Assembly: GCA_016869375.1 (NCBI GenBank) | Contig: VGEH01000005.1 | Span: 1-59,885 of the forward strand | Origin: Alphaproteobacteria bacterium | Lineage (GTDB): Bacteria; Pseudomonadota; Alphaproteobacteria; SHVZ01 | Direction: 5' to 3' | Length of the DNA stretch: 59,885 nucleotides | Shown here: positions 9,513 to 17,720 of the stretch, in pieces | Position numbering within the stretch: the first letter of the stretch is position 1 | How the letters are laid out: each line of letters begins with the position of its first letter | Program-made: the position numbers and the translations under genes | The notes under the pieces: generated by a model | Seen by the model: the letters and a program-made list of their open reading frames with translations, nothing else | Databases searched by the model: none | What the model was told of the DNA's origin: nothing

Positions 9513-11093
9513 ATGAGACGGATGGATCCGGTCGACGTCGTCGTGGTCGGCTCCGGCTTCGGCGGAGCGGCGTTCTGTTGGCGGCTTGCCAACAAGGCAC
9601 CGAAGCTCCGCATCGTCTGCCTGGAGCGCGGCGGCTGGGTCGATCGCAAGGCGATGCCGTCCTATCGCCGCGACTGGCAGGCGGCCTCCTTCGGCGCCTG
9701 GGCGACGCCGCCTAACACGCGGCTGAAATCCGGCGAGAAAACGCAGACAGCGGACTACCCTATCGACGACACGAACTCGGCGTTCAAGCCGCTGATGTGG
9801 AACGGCGTCGGCGGCTCGACCATGACCTGGGCCGCGCATTTCCCGAGGCTGCATCCGTCCGACTTCAAGACCAAATCGCTCGACGGCGTAGGCGACGACT
9901 GGCCCTTCGATTATTTCGACCTCGAGCCCTACTACGACGAGAACGACGCGATCACCGGCGTCGCGGGGCTTTCCGGCGATCCCGCCTATCCGCCGAAGCC
10001 TGAGCGCCGCATGCCGCCGATCGCGCTCGGGCGGCTCGGCGCCGCCGCCGCGCGCGGCTTCGACAAGCTCGGCTGGCACTGGTGGCCGGTCGATGCCGCG
10101 GTGAACTCCGCGCCCTTCGACGGACGCGCCGCCTGCAACCATTGCGGTCCCTGCCTGATGGGCTGTCCGACGGGCGCCAAGGCCTCGGTCGATGTCACCT
10201 ACTGGCCGAAGGCGATCAAATCAGGCGTCGAGCTCCGGCCCCACAGCATCGTCCAGCAGGTCGATATCGAGGGCGGTCGCGCGACCGGCGTCCGCTACCG
10301 CGACCAGGCGGGCAACGAGGTCGTGCAGCCGGCCTCGCTGGTCGTCGTCGCCGGCAACGGCATCGGCACGGCGCGCCTTCTGCTCGCTTCAGGCCTCGAC
10401 AGCCCGGCGCTGGGGCGGAACCTGATGTTCCATCCGGCCGCCTATCTCCGCGCCAATTTCGACGAGGAGATGGACGGGCCGGTCGGCCCCGTCGGCTGCA
10501 TGCTCTACAGCCACGAATTCTACGAGACCGACCCCGCCCGGAACTTCAAGCGCGGCGTCCATATCCAGGTGACGCGCGAAAACTCGCTCCTCAGCATGGC
10601 GACGCGCCTCGGACCTCCGGCCTGGGGAGAAGGCGCGCAGCAGTTCCTGCGCAAGGAGTTCCGCCACTCGATGGCGGTGCTGGTCCTCGCCGAGGACCTG
10701 CCCGAAGCGCATAACCGCGTCACGCTGACCGACAAGGTGGAAGCGGACGGCCTTCCCGGCGTGAAGCTCGACTACACGCTCTCTGAGCATTCGCGCCGCA
10801 GCCTCGATTTCGGCCTCGACCGCGGCGAGGAGTTCCTGCGCGCCGCCGGAGCCGCCAGCGTGCTGCGCATCCCGCTGGCGCCGTCGACCGGCTGGCACCT
10901 GCTCGGCACCGCGCGCATGGGCAGCGACCCTGCTATCTCCGTCACCGACAAGGAGGGCCGCTGCCACAAGGTGCGCAACCTGATGGTCGCCGATGGCAGC
11001 CTCTTTCCGACTGTCGGCGCCGTGAACCCCGGATCGACGATCGGCGCGCTCGGCCTCAAGCTCGCCGACGGCGTCGCGAGGGACGCCGCATGA
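9513..11093 (+). CDS. GMC-family FAD-dependent oxidoreductase
   Basis: N-terminal FAD fingerprint VVVVGSGFGGA and a GMC-like C-terminal block (DGSLFPTVGAVNPGSTIGAL). Confidence 0.85.
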   Translation: MRRMDPVDVVVVGSGFGGAAFCWRLANKAPKLRIVCLERGGWVDRKAMPSYRRDWQAASFGAWATPPNTRLKSGEKTQTADYPIDDTNSAFKPLMWNGVGGSTMTWAAHFPRLHPSDFKTKSLDGVGDDWPFDYFDLEPYYDENDAITGVAGLSGDPAYPPKPERRMPPIALGRLGAAAARGFDKLGWHWWPVDAAVNSAPFDGRAACNHCGPCLMGCPTGAKASVDVTYWPKAIKSGVELRPHSIVQQVDIEGGRATGVRYRDQAGNEVVQPASLVVVAGNGIGTARLLLASGLDSPALGRNLMFHPAAYLRANFDEEMDGPVGPVGCMLYSHEFYETDPARNFKRGVHIQVTRENSLLSMATRLGPPAWGEGAQQFLRKEFRHSMAVLVLAEDLPEAHNRVTLTDKVEADGLPGVKLDYTLSEHSRRSLDFGLDRGEEFLRAAGAASVLRIPLAPSTGWHLLGTARMGSDPAISVTDKEGRCHKVRNLMVADGSLFPTVGAVNPGSTIGALGLKLADGVARDAA

Positions 11094-11488
11094 GCTTCCT
11101 CGCCGCCGTTCTCGATACGCTGCTGCCTGGCGACAGGGCCGCGCTCCCTCTTCCGCCGGGATCGGGCATCGGCATCGAGGCGAGCGACCTTCCGGCCGAG
11201 GCGCTCGCGGCGATCGCGAGCGAAGCCGGGAGCGAAGCGGCTTTCGAGGCCGCCTCTCCCGCGACGCGCACCGACATTCTCCGCCGCGTCGAGGCGAAGT
11301 CGCCTTCCGTCTTCCAGGCGCTGCTGACGGCGGCGCTGATGCGCTATTATCAGTCCGACGCCGTGATGACGGCGATGGGATGGCGGACCGACCCGCCGCA
11401 GCCGAAGGGCCGCCCGCTCGCGGCGACCGACGCCGCGACCTGGGAGCGGCTCAAGAAGGTGAAGTCGCGCGGCCGGATCTGGCGCTAG
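11090..11488 (+). CDS. Small partner subunit of the GMC oxidoreductase (gluconate 2-dehydrogenase subunit-3-like)
   Basis: ATGA-coupled to the GMC gene. The N-terminal LDTLLPGD...LPLPPGSG block resembles the subunit-3 family. GC3-rich. Confidence 0.5.
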   Translation: MSFLAAVLDTLLPGDRAALPLPPGSGIGIEASDLPAEALAAIASEAGSEAAFEAASPATRTDILRRVEAKSPSVFQALLTAALMRYYQSDAVMTAMGWRTDPPQPKGRPLAATDAATWERLKKVKSRGRIWR

Positions 11489-11943
11489 CGGACGACGATC
11501 GGAAGTTCGGTCGTCGACTTGATCCGCTCCATGGCGAAGCGAGAGGTCACGTTCTTGAGCGGCGTCGTCTCGATCAGGCGCTTGTAGAAGGCGTCATAGC
11601 TCGCCATGTCCGCGACCACGACCTTCATCATGTAGTCGACGTCGCCGGCCATCCGATAGACGTCGACGACCTCGGGCATGGCCGAGACGGATTCGGCGAA
11701 GCGCTCGATCCACTCCTTGGAATGGTCCTTGGTCTCGATTGAGACGAAGACCGTCAGCCCGAGCCCGACCTTGGCCGAGTCGACCAGCGCCACGCGCCGG
11801 GTGATGATCCCCTGCGCCTCGAGCTTCTGGACCCGCTTCCAGCAGGGCGTCTGCGACAGCCCGACCCGGCTCGAAAGCTCGGCGATCGAGATCGAGGCAT
11901 CGCTCTGCAGGGCGAGAAGGATCTTCCGATCGATACGATCCAT
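11485..11943 (-). CDS. Lrp/AsnC-family transcriptional regulator
   Basis: MDRIDRKILLALQSDASISIAELSSRVGLSQTPCWKRVQKLE HTH followed by a RAM/AsnC_trans_reg domain. Start trimmed to the ATG at 11943. Confidence 0.9.
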   Translation of the reverse strand: MDRIDRKILLALQSDASISIAELSSRVGLSQTPCWKRVQKLEAQGIITRRVALVDSAKVGLGLTVFVSIETKDHSKEWIERFAESVSAMPEVVDVYRMAGDVDYMMKVVVADMASYDAFYKRLIETTPLKNVTSRFAMERIKSTTELPIVVR

Positions 11944-12212
11944 GGTCGCCTCCACCGGTGCACTCCATTCAAACAGCGAAAGACAGATGGAATTGATACT
12001 CGAAACCACTCATGGAATGCATAACTGAATTTAAATACATATATTCTATGTATAATATTCCATCCAAGCAACCTCATCTTCTCCTGGAGGATGAGAAATC
12101 CATGCTCTCCTGCGATCTCGAAAAGAAAGAAATTTCTTCTCTTTACAGCGCGATGTAACAGCACTTTCTTTTCTACGTCCGCATATTGCGGTGCTTCGGG
12201 CTGAGGCCTCTT
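11944..12212. promoter_or_regulatory. AT-rich divergent control region between the Lrp-type regulator and the sulfite-reduction operon
   Basis: Conspicuously AT-rich in a GC-rich window. Contains hairpin/palindromes TACATAtattcTATGTA (12036-12052) and AAGAAATTTCTT (12127-12138). Confidence 0.45.
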
Positions 12213-13208
12213 ATGAGGCGCATGTCCACGCTCCCGTCGAGCCAGCGCCGCTATTTGCCGATCTCCTATGACGTTGCCGGAAGGCGCGTCGCGGTGGTCG
12301 GCAATGGCGCCGCGGCGCTCGCCAAACTTGAGATCCTGCTGGCAACGCAGGCACGCCTCACCCTCTTCGCCCCCGCCCCTCGCCTCGATCTCGCGACCCG
12401 CTTGGCCGGGGTGGAATGGGTGGCCTCCTATCCGGACGGGACCGACCTGGCCGGCATCGCCCTCCTGTTCCTCGCGACCGAGGACGAGGCCGAGGACCGG
12501 CGCCTCGCGGACCTCGCCCGCTCGCTCGGCATCCCGGTCAACGTCGTCGACCGGCCGCTTCTGGGCAGCTTCGCCATGCCCTCGATCGTCGAGCGCGGTC
12601 CCCTCACCGTCGCCATCGCCTCCGACGGTACTGCGCCGGTCCTGGCCCAGCGGGTCCGTGGCCTCATCGACGCCCTGCTGCCGGCGGGGCTCGCCAATCT
12701 CGGCGAGCTGGCCCGCGCCGTCCGGGCCAATGTGCTGGCCCGCCTGCCCGGAAACGCGGCACGACGGCGCTTCTGGTGGCGGACCTTCGACGGCAGCGCC
12801 GGCGCGGCCGCCCTCTCCGGCGATCTCGAGCGTGCCCGGTCCCTGGCGCTCCGCGATCTCGATGCCCCCGAGCATGCACGCGCCAAGGTCTTCTTCGTCG
12901 AGGCGAGCGAGGCGGACCTGCTGACGCTCCGTGGCCAGAGACTCCTTCTCTGCGCCGATACGATCGTGCATGACCCAGGCGCCCCTGCCGACGTGTTGGC
13001 CATCGGGCGCCGTGACGCCGCCCGTCTGCCGGCTGGCGGCGACGCGTCGCCCCTGCTGATCCGCCTTGCCCGGAGCGGCCGGCAAATCGTCCGCCTCAAC
13101 GGCCCCCAAGAAGAAGCCAATGCGCTCCCCCGCGCCGGCATCGACTGCGAGGTCGTCCCAGGCGCGACGGCCGTCGGGCCGCTCGCCTCTCCCTCCATCG
13201 CCGCGTGA
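12213..13208 (+). CDS. cysG: Siroheme-synthase-like protein: CysG(B) dehydrogenase/ferrochelatase module plus a degenerate, truncated SUMT remnant
   Basis: LPISYDVAGRRVAVVGNGAAALAKLEILL NAD fold of precorrin-2 dehydrogenase. The C-terminal ~100 aa align to the start of the uroporphyrinogen-III methyltransferase domain, but with EASEAD in place of GAGPGD. The start could be 12213 or 12222; the track used TTG at 12186. Confidence 0.7.
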   Translation: MRRMSTLPSSQRRYLPISYDVAGRRVAVVGNGAAALAKLEILLATQARLTLFAPAPRLDLATRLAGVEWVASYPDGTDLAGIALLFLATEDEAEDRRLADLARSLGIPVNVVDRPLLGSFAMPSIVERGPLTVAIASDGTAPVLAQRVRGLIDALLPAGLANLGELARAVRANVLARLPGNAARRRFWWRTFDGSAGAAALSGDLERARSLALRDLDAPEHARAKVFFVEASEADLLTLRGQRLLLCADTIVHDPGAPADVLAIGRRDAARLPAGGDASPLLIRLARSGRQIVRLNGPQEEANALPRAGIDCEVVPGATAVGPLASPSIAA

Positions 13209-13212
13209 CACC

Positions 13213-13503
13213 ATGGCCAAGAAGAAAGACTTTCACCCCGTTGCCGCCACCGCCAACGACCTGCGCTCCGGCGCCGTGGTCTTTCGCGAGCCCGACGGAC
13301 GCTGGGGCACCGAGGCCCGTCGCGCCGAGATCGCCGAGACCCCTGAAGACGCCGAGCGCCTGCTCGCGCGCGCCAAGGCCGACCACGATTCTTGCATCGT
13401 CGTCGAGCCGGTGCTGATCGAAATGGCGGAAGGCCGCCCGGTCGCGCTGCGCGAACGCATCCGCGACACCGGCCCCACCGCCGGCATCGGCCGCACCGCC
13501 TGA
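13213..13503 (+). CDS. DUF2849-domain protein
   Basis: 96 aa starting MAKKKDFHPVAATANDLRSGAVVF and ending RERIRDTGPT, a family I recognise as sitting between cysG and cysI in alphaproteobacteria. Start trimmed from the track ORF (13066). Confidence 0.7.
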   Translation: MAKKKDFHPVAATANDLRSGAVVFREPDGRWGTEARRAEIAETPEDAERLLARAKADHDSCIVVEPVLIEMAEGRPVALRERIRDTGPTAGIGRTA

Positions 13504-13518
13504 GTTCGGAGAGTTAAG

Positions 13519-15171
13519 ATGTATCGCTACGACGAGTTCGATCATGCCTTCGTGCGCGAGCGCGTGGCCGAGTTCCGCGACCAGGTCGCCCGCCGCCTCT
13601 CAGGCGAGATGACCGAGGACCAGTTCAAGCCGCTCCGGCTGATGAACGGCGTCTACCTGCAGCTCCATGCCTATATGCTCCGGATCGCCATCCCCTACGG
13701 CACGCTGTCGTCGAAGCAGCTCCGGCGGCTCGCCCATATCGGCCGCGTCTACGACAAGGGCTCGGGCCATTTCACCACGCGCCAGAACCTGCAGTTCAAC
13801 TGGATCAAGCTCGCCGACGTGCCGCAGATCCTAGAGGAGCTGGCCGAGGTCGAGATGCATGCGATCCAGACCTCCGGCAACTGCATCCGCAACGTCACCG
13901 CCGATCACTTCGCCGGCGCCGCCGCCGACGAGGTCGCCGATCCGCGCGTCTATGCCGAGATCCTCAGGCAATGGTCGTCGCTGCATCCCGAGTTCTCGTT
14001 CCTGCCGCGCAAGTTCAAGCTCGCGGTCACCGCCGCGCCGCATGACCGCGCTGCCGTCCAGGTGCATGACATCGGGCTCCACATGAAGGTCGACGATAAG
14101 GGCGAGCGCGGCTTCGCCGTCTGGGTCGGCGGCGGCCAGGGGCGCACGCCGATGGTGGCGAAGAAGGTGCGCGACTTCCTGCCGGAAGCCGATCTCCTCT
14201 CCTATTGCGAGGCGATCCTCCGCATCTACAACCTCGAAGGCCGGCGCGACAACAAGTACAAGGCGCGCATCAAGATCCTGGTCCACGAGACGGGCGAGGC
14301 AGAGATCACACGCGCCATCGAAGCCGAATTCGCCGAGCTCCAGGGCAAGGCGCTGACCGTGCCGGCGCCCGAGATCGAGCGGATCGCCCGCTACTTCGCG
14401 CTTCCCGATCTCGAGACGCTGCGGGCGCGGTCGGAGGTCTACGAGACGGCGAAGCGCGATCCCGCCTTCGCGCTGTTCGCCAGGCGCAACGTGCATGCGC
14501 ACAAGGTGCCGGGCTACGGGATCGTCACCATCTCGCTGAAGCCGACCGGCGCGCCGCCGGGCGATGCGACTTCCGAGCAGATGGAGGCGATCGCCGACAT
14601 CGCCGAGCGCTACTCATCCGACGAGCTTCGCGTCAGCCACGAGCAGAACCTGGTGCTGCCGCATGTGAAGCTCGACGACATTCCGGTCGTCTTCGCGCAG
14701 CTGCAGAAGATCGGTCTCGGCGATGCCAATGCCGGCTTCATCACCGACATCATCGCCTGCCCCGGCCTGGATTTCTGCGCGCTCGCCAATGCGCGCTCGA
14801 TCCCGGTCGCGCAGCGTCTTTCAGAGCGCTTCGAGGATATCGCCCGGCAGGCCGAGATCGGCGACCTCAAGATCAAGATCTCAGGCTGCATCAATGCCTG
14901 CGGCCACCACCATGTCGGCCACATCGGCATCCTCGGCGTCGACCGCAAGGGCGAGGAGTTCTATCAGATCACATTAGGCGGCTCCGGCGACGAGACCTGC
15001 TCGATCGGCGAGATCGTCGGCCCCGGCTTCTCCTCGGACGGAATCGTCGACGCCGTCGAGACGGTGGTCGATACCTATCTGAAGCTCAGGATTTCGGCGG
15101 ACGAGCCGTTCCTCGCCGCCTATCGCCGCGTCGGTCAGGCCCCGTTCAAGGAAGCGCTCTATGCCCGATGA
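13519..15171 (+). CDS. cysI: Nitrite/sulfite reductase hemoprotein (assimilatory sulfite reductase, CysI-like)
   Basis: 550 aa. Duplicated NIR_SIR ferredoxin-like/siroheme domains and the Cys cluster CPGLDFC...GCINACGHH for [4Fe-4S]-siroheme. Confidence 0.88.
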   Translation: MYRYDEFDHAFVRERVAEFRDQVARRLSGEMTEDQFKPLRLMNGVYLQLHAYMLRIAIPYGTLSSKQLRRLAHIGRVYDKGSGHFTTRQNLQFNWIKLADVPQILEELAEVEMHAIQTSGNCIRNVTADHFAGAAADEVADPRVYAEILRQWSSLHPEFSFLPRKFKLAVTAAPHDRAAVQVHDIGLHMKVDDKGERGFAVWVGGGQGRTPMVAKKVRDFLPEADLLSYCEAILRIYNLEGRRDNKYKARIKILVHETGEAEITRAIEAEFAELQGKALTVPAPEIERIARYFALPDLETLRARSEVYETAKRDPAFALFARRNVHAHKVPGYGIVTISLKPTGAPPGDATSEQMEAIADIAERYSSDELRVSHEQNLVLPHVKLDDIPVVFAQLQKIGLGDANAGFITDIIACPGLDFCALANARSIPVAQRLSERFEDIARQAEIGDLKIKISGCINACGHHHVGHIGILGVDRKGEEFYQITLGGSGDETCSIGEIVGPGFSSDGIVDAVETVVDTYLKLRISADEPFLAAYRRVGQAPFKEALYAR

Positions 15172-15682
15172 CGCGTCGATCTTTCGGAACGGCACCTTCC
15201 ACGCCGACACCTGGACCTTTCCGGCAGACGACGTGCCGCTGCCACCGAGCGGCGACATCGCTGTCGGCAAGACGCGATTCCTCGCCGAGATCCAGACGCT
15301 GCGTGCGAGGAATGGCGGGATCGGCGTTGTCCTGAACCCCGGCGAGGATCCCGACGGCATCGTCGAACATCTCGACCGCATCACGCTGGTGGCCCTGCGT
15401 TTCACCAAGTACAGCGACGGCCGTCCCTACTCGGTCGCGCGCCTTCTGCGCGACCGGCATGGCTACAAGGGCGAGCTCCGGGCGACCGGCGACGTGCTGC
15501 GCGATCAGGTGATCTTCATGCTGAGGGCCGGCTTCGATTCACTCGATGTCGCCCATGCCGGCACGCGCGAGGCGCTGCGCACCGGGTCGATCGTCGGCGT
15601 CCGCCATCACTACCAGCCGGCCTCCGACGAGGCGCGTGAGGCCGTCGGTCCGGTGAGTCCGTGGAGACGGCGCTCCGTCTAG
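15161..15682 (+). CDS. DUF934-domain protein (sulfite-reductase-associated)
   Basis: Overlaps the cysI stop by 11 nt. FTKYSDGRPYSVARLLRDRHGYKGELRATGDVLRDQ matches the DUF934 pattern. Confidence 0.8.
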   Translation: MPDDASIFRNGTFHADTWTFPADDVPLPPSGDIAVGKTRFLAEIQTLRARNGGIGVVLNPGEDPDGIVEHLDRITLVALRFTKYSDGRPYSVARLLRDRHGYKGELRATGDVLRDQVIFMLRAGFDSLDVAHAGTREALRTGSIVGVRHHYQPASDEAREAVGPVSPWRRRSV

Positions 15683-15756
15683 GAGACGCGGAAGAGGACC
15701 ACACCCACCAGCAGCATCCCGACGAGGGTCAGCCGGGCGAGCATCTCCCAATGCAT
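15679..15756 (-). CDS. Hypothetical 25-aa hydrophobic peptide, TGATG-coupled to the 56-aa ORF
   Basis: Own translation: MHWEMLARLTLVGMLLVGVVLFRVS, one TM helix. 23 of 25 third positions are G/C. Start overlaps the upstream stop. Confidence 0.3.
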   Translation of the reverse strand: MHWEMLARLTLVGMLLVGVVLFRVS

Positions 15757-15926
15757 CAGTAGCCCCAGACCCCGGCCGGGGCTTCGGCGACCGGGCTCTC
15801 GCGCTCGGCCGGGGGGCACACGGGCGCCTGCTTGGAATCCCGGCTCTTCCGCACGCCGGCTTCATCGATCTGATCGCGGGCGGCAGGCAGGATGTCGAGG
15901 ACGAGAGGGTCGAATTGCACGGTCAT
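15756..15926 (-). CDS. Hypothetical 56-aa protein (not in ORF track, below length cut-off)
   Basis: Own translation: MTVQFDPLVLDILPAARDQIDEAGVRKSRDSKQAPVCPPAERESPVAEAPAGVWGY. GGAG lies 6 nt upstream of the ATG. Third codon positions are strongly G/C. Confidence 0.3.
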   Translation of the reverse strand: MTVQFDPLVLDILPAARDQIDEAGVRKSRDSKQAPVCPPAERESPVAEAPAGVWGY

Positions 15927-16180
15927 CGCACGCTCCGAGTGACCAAGGCCGATGGGAAAATCCTCTCACCCGCCCCCTTCGATCTCCATTCCAAATACCG
16001 ACGAATTTCGACCATTTCCTCCTATCACAAGGCTAGCGTGTGAATGGTTGAGGCCGTTCAATTCCGTCGCCCGGTGTCGCCGTCAAACCCTTGGGGCCGG
16101 AGCGATTGTGCGAATAAGCCTTGCCGTGTAGGTCTTTGCGTCCGACGTTCCCGTCCTCCCGGTCCGCTTCCACGAGCCCG

Positions 16181-17434
16181 ATGAGCCGCTACTCCGTCTT
16201 CCGCCTCTTCCGCGAGGGCCTCCGCAACCAGACAGGCTGGACGCGGGCATGGCGCGATCCCGACCCGAAGCCCGCCTATGACGTGATCATCATCGGCGGC
16301 GGCGGCCATGGCCTCGCCAGCGCCTATTACCTCGCCCGCGAGCACGGCATCACCAATGTGGCCGTACTCGAGCGCGGCCAGATCGGCCTCGGCAATGTCG
16401 GGCGCAACACCACGATCGTCCGCTCGAACTACCTCTTCCCCGAGAACAATCTCTTCTACGAGAAGTCGCTGCAGCTCTGGGAAGGGCTCGAGCAGGACCT
16501 GAACTTCAACGTGATGATGAGCCAGCGCGGCGTCATCAACCTCTACCACTCGGACAGCCAGCGCGATGCCTATGCAAGGCGCGGCAACTCGATGCGGCTC
16601 AACGGCATCGATGCCGAGCTGCTCGACCGCGAGCAGGTCCGCGCGCTCGTGCCGGTGCTCGACTTCGACAATGCGCGCTTCCCGATCCAGGGCGGGCTGA
16701 TCCAGCGCCGCGGCGGCACCGCCCGCCATGACGCGGTCGCCTGGGGCCTGGCGCGCGGCGCCGACCGGCTCGGCGTCGACATCATCCAGAATTGCGAGGT
16801 CACCGGCATCCGCCGAGAGGGCGATCGCGTCGTCGGCGTCGAGACCACGCGGGGATACATCGCGGCGCCCAAGATCGGCATCGCCGTCGCCGGACATACC
16901 ACGCAAGTCGCATCGATGGCCGGCGTCCGCATTCCGATCGAAAGCCATCTCCTGCAGGCCTTCGTCAGCGAGGCGGTGAAGCCGGTGCTCGACCATGTCG
17001 TCACCTTCGGCGCCGGGCACTTCTATATCAGCCAGTCCGACAAGGGCGGCCTCGTCTTCGGCGGCGGCCTCGACGGCTACAACTCTTTCGCCCAGCGCGG
17101 CACGCTGCCCGAGGCCGAGCATGTGATCAACGAAGGTGTCGCGCTGATGCCGCTGCTGTCGCGGCTTCGCGTGCTGCGCCAATGGGCGGGCGTCATGGAC
17201 ATGACCTTCGACGGCACGCCGCTGATCTGCAAGACACCCGTCCGCGGCCTCTACGTCAATGGCGGCTGGTGCTATGGCGGCTTCAAGGCGGTGCCGGGTT
17301 CCGGCTGGTGCTTCGCGCACACCGTCGCGAAGGACGAGCCGCATGCGCTCAACGCGGCGATGACGATCGAGCGCTTTCGCGACGGCGGCATGATCGACGA
17401 GAAGGGCGCCGGTCCCTTCCCCTGGCTCCACTGA
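16181..17434 (+). CDS. soxB: Sarcosine oxidase subunit beta
   Basis: MSRYSVFRLFREGL... then the DVIIIGGGGHGLASAYYLA FAD fold. 417 aa after trimming the track ORF. Followed by soxD, soxA and soxG. Confidence 0.95.
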   Translation: MSRYSVFRLFREGLRNQTGWTRAWRDPDPKPAYDVIIIGGGGHGLASAYYLAREHGITNVAVLERGQIGLGNVGRNTTIVRSNYLFPENNLFYEKSLQLWEGLEQDLNFNVMMSQRGVINLYHSDSQRDAYARRGNSMRLNGIDAELLDREQVRALVPVLDFDNARFPIQGGLIQRRGGTARHDAVAWGLARGADRLGVDIIQNCEVTGIRREGDRVVGVETTRGYIAAPKIGIAVAGHTTQVASMAGVRIPIESHLLQAFVSEAVKPVLDHVVTFGAGHFYISQSDKGGLVFGGGLDGYNSFAQRGTLPEAEHVINEGVALMPLLSRLRVLRQWAGVMDMTFDGTPLICKTPVRGLYVNGGWCYGGFKAVPGSGWCFAHTVAKDEPHALNAAMTIERFRDGGMIDEKGAGPFPWLH

Positions 17435-17444
17435 CGAGCGCCCC

Positions 17445-17720
17445 ATGCTTCGCATTGACTGCCCCTGGTGCGGCACCCGCGACGAAGCGGAGTTCAAGTA
17501 TGGCGGCGACGCGACCGCGAAGCGGCCGCCTGCCGAGGGCGACGGCGCCGCCTTCTATGAGTTCGTCTACGACCGCGGCAACCCGAAGGGCTGGCATCAG
17601 GAGTGGTGGCACCACGTCGCCGGCTGCCGGCAATGGCTCAAGGTCGTGCGCCACACCGTGACGCATGAGATCCGAAGCGTGGCCAAGGCGACCGACGATG
17701 TGACGGTGCCGCCGGCATGA
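17445..17720 (+). CDS. soxD: Sarcosine oxidase subunit delta
   Basis: 91 aa, MLRIDCPWCGTRDEAEFKYGGDA zinc-ribbon N-terminus typical of SoxD. Confidence 0.95.
   Translation: MLRIDCPWCGTRDEAEFKYGGDATAKRPPAEGDGAAFYEFVYDRGNPKGWHQEWWHHVAGCRQWLKVVRHTVTHEIRSVAKATDDVTVPPA

Noticed and set aside
7088-9649. 853-aa minus ORF and 736-aa plus ORF (7306-9516) covering the MFS and DMT transporter genes.
   Set aside because: Same low-complexity, Arg-rich composition. The MFS (plus) and DMT (minus) frames give coherent multi-TM proteins, which these frames do not.
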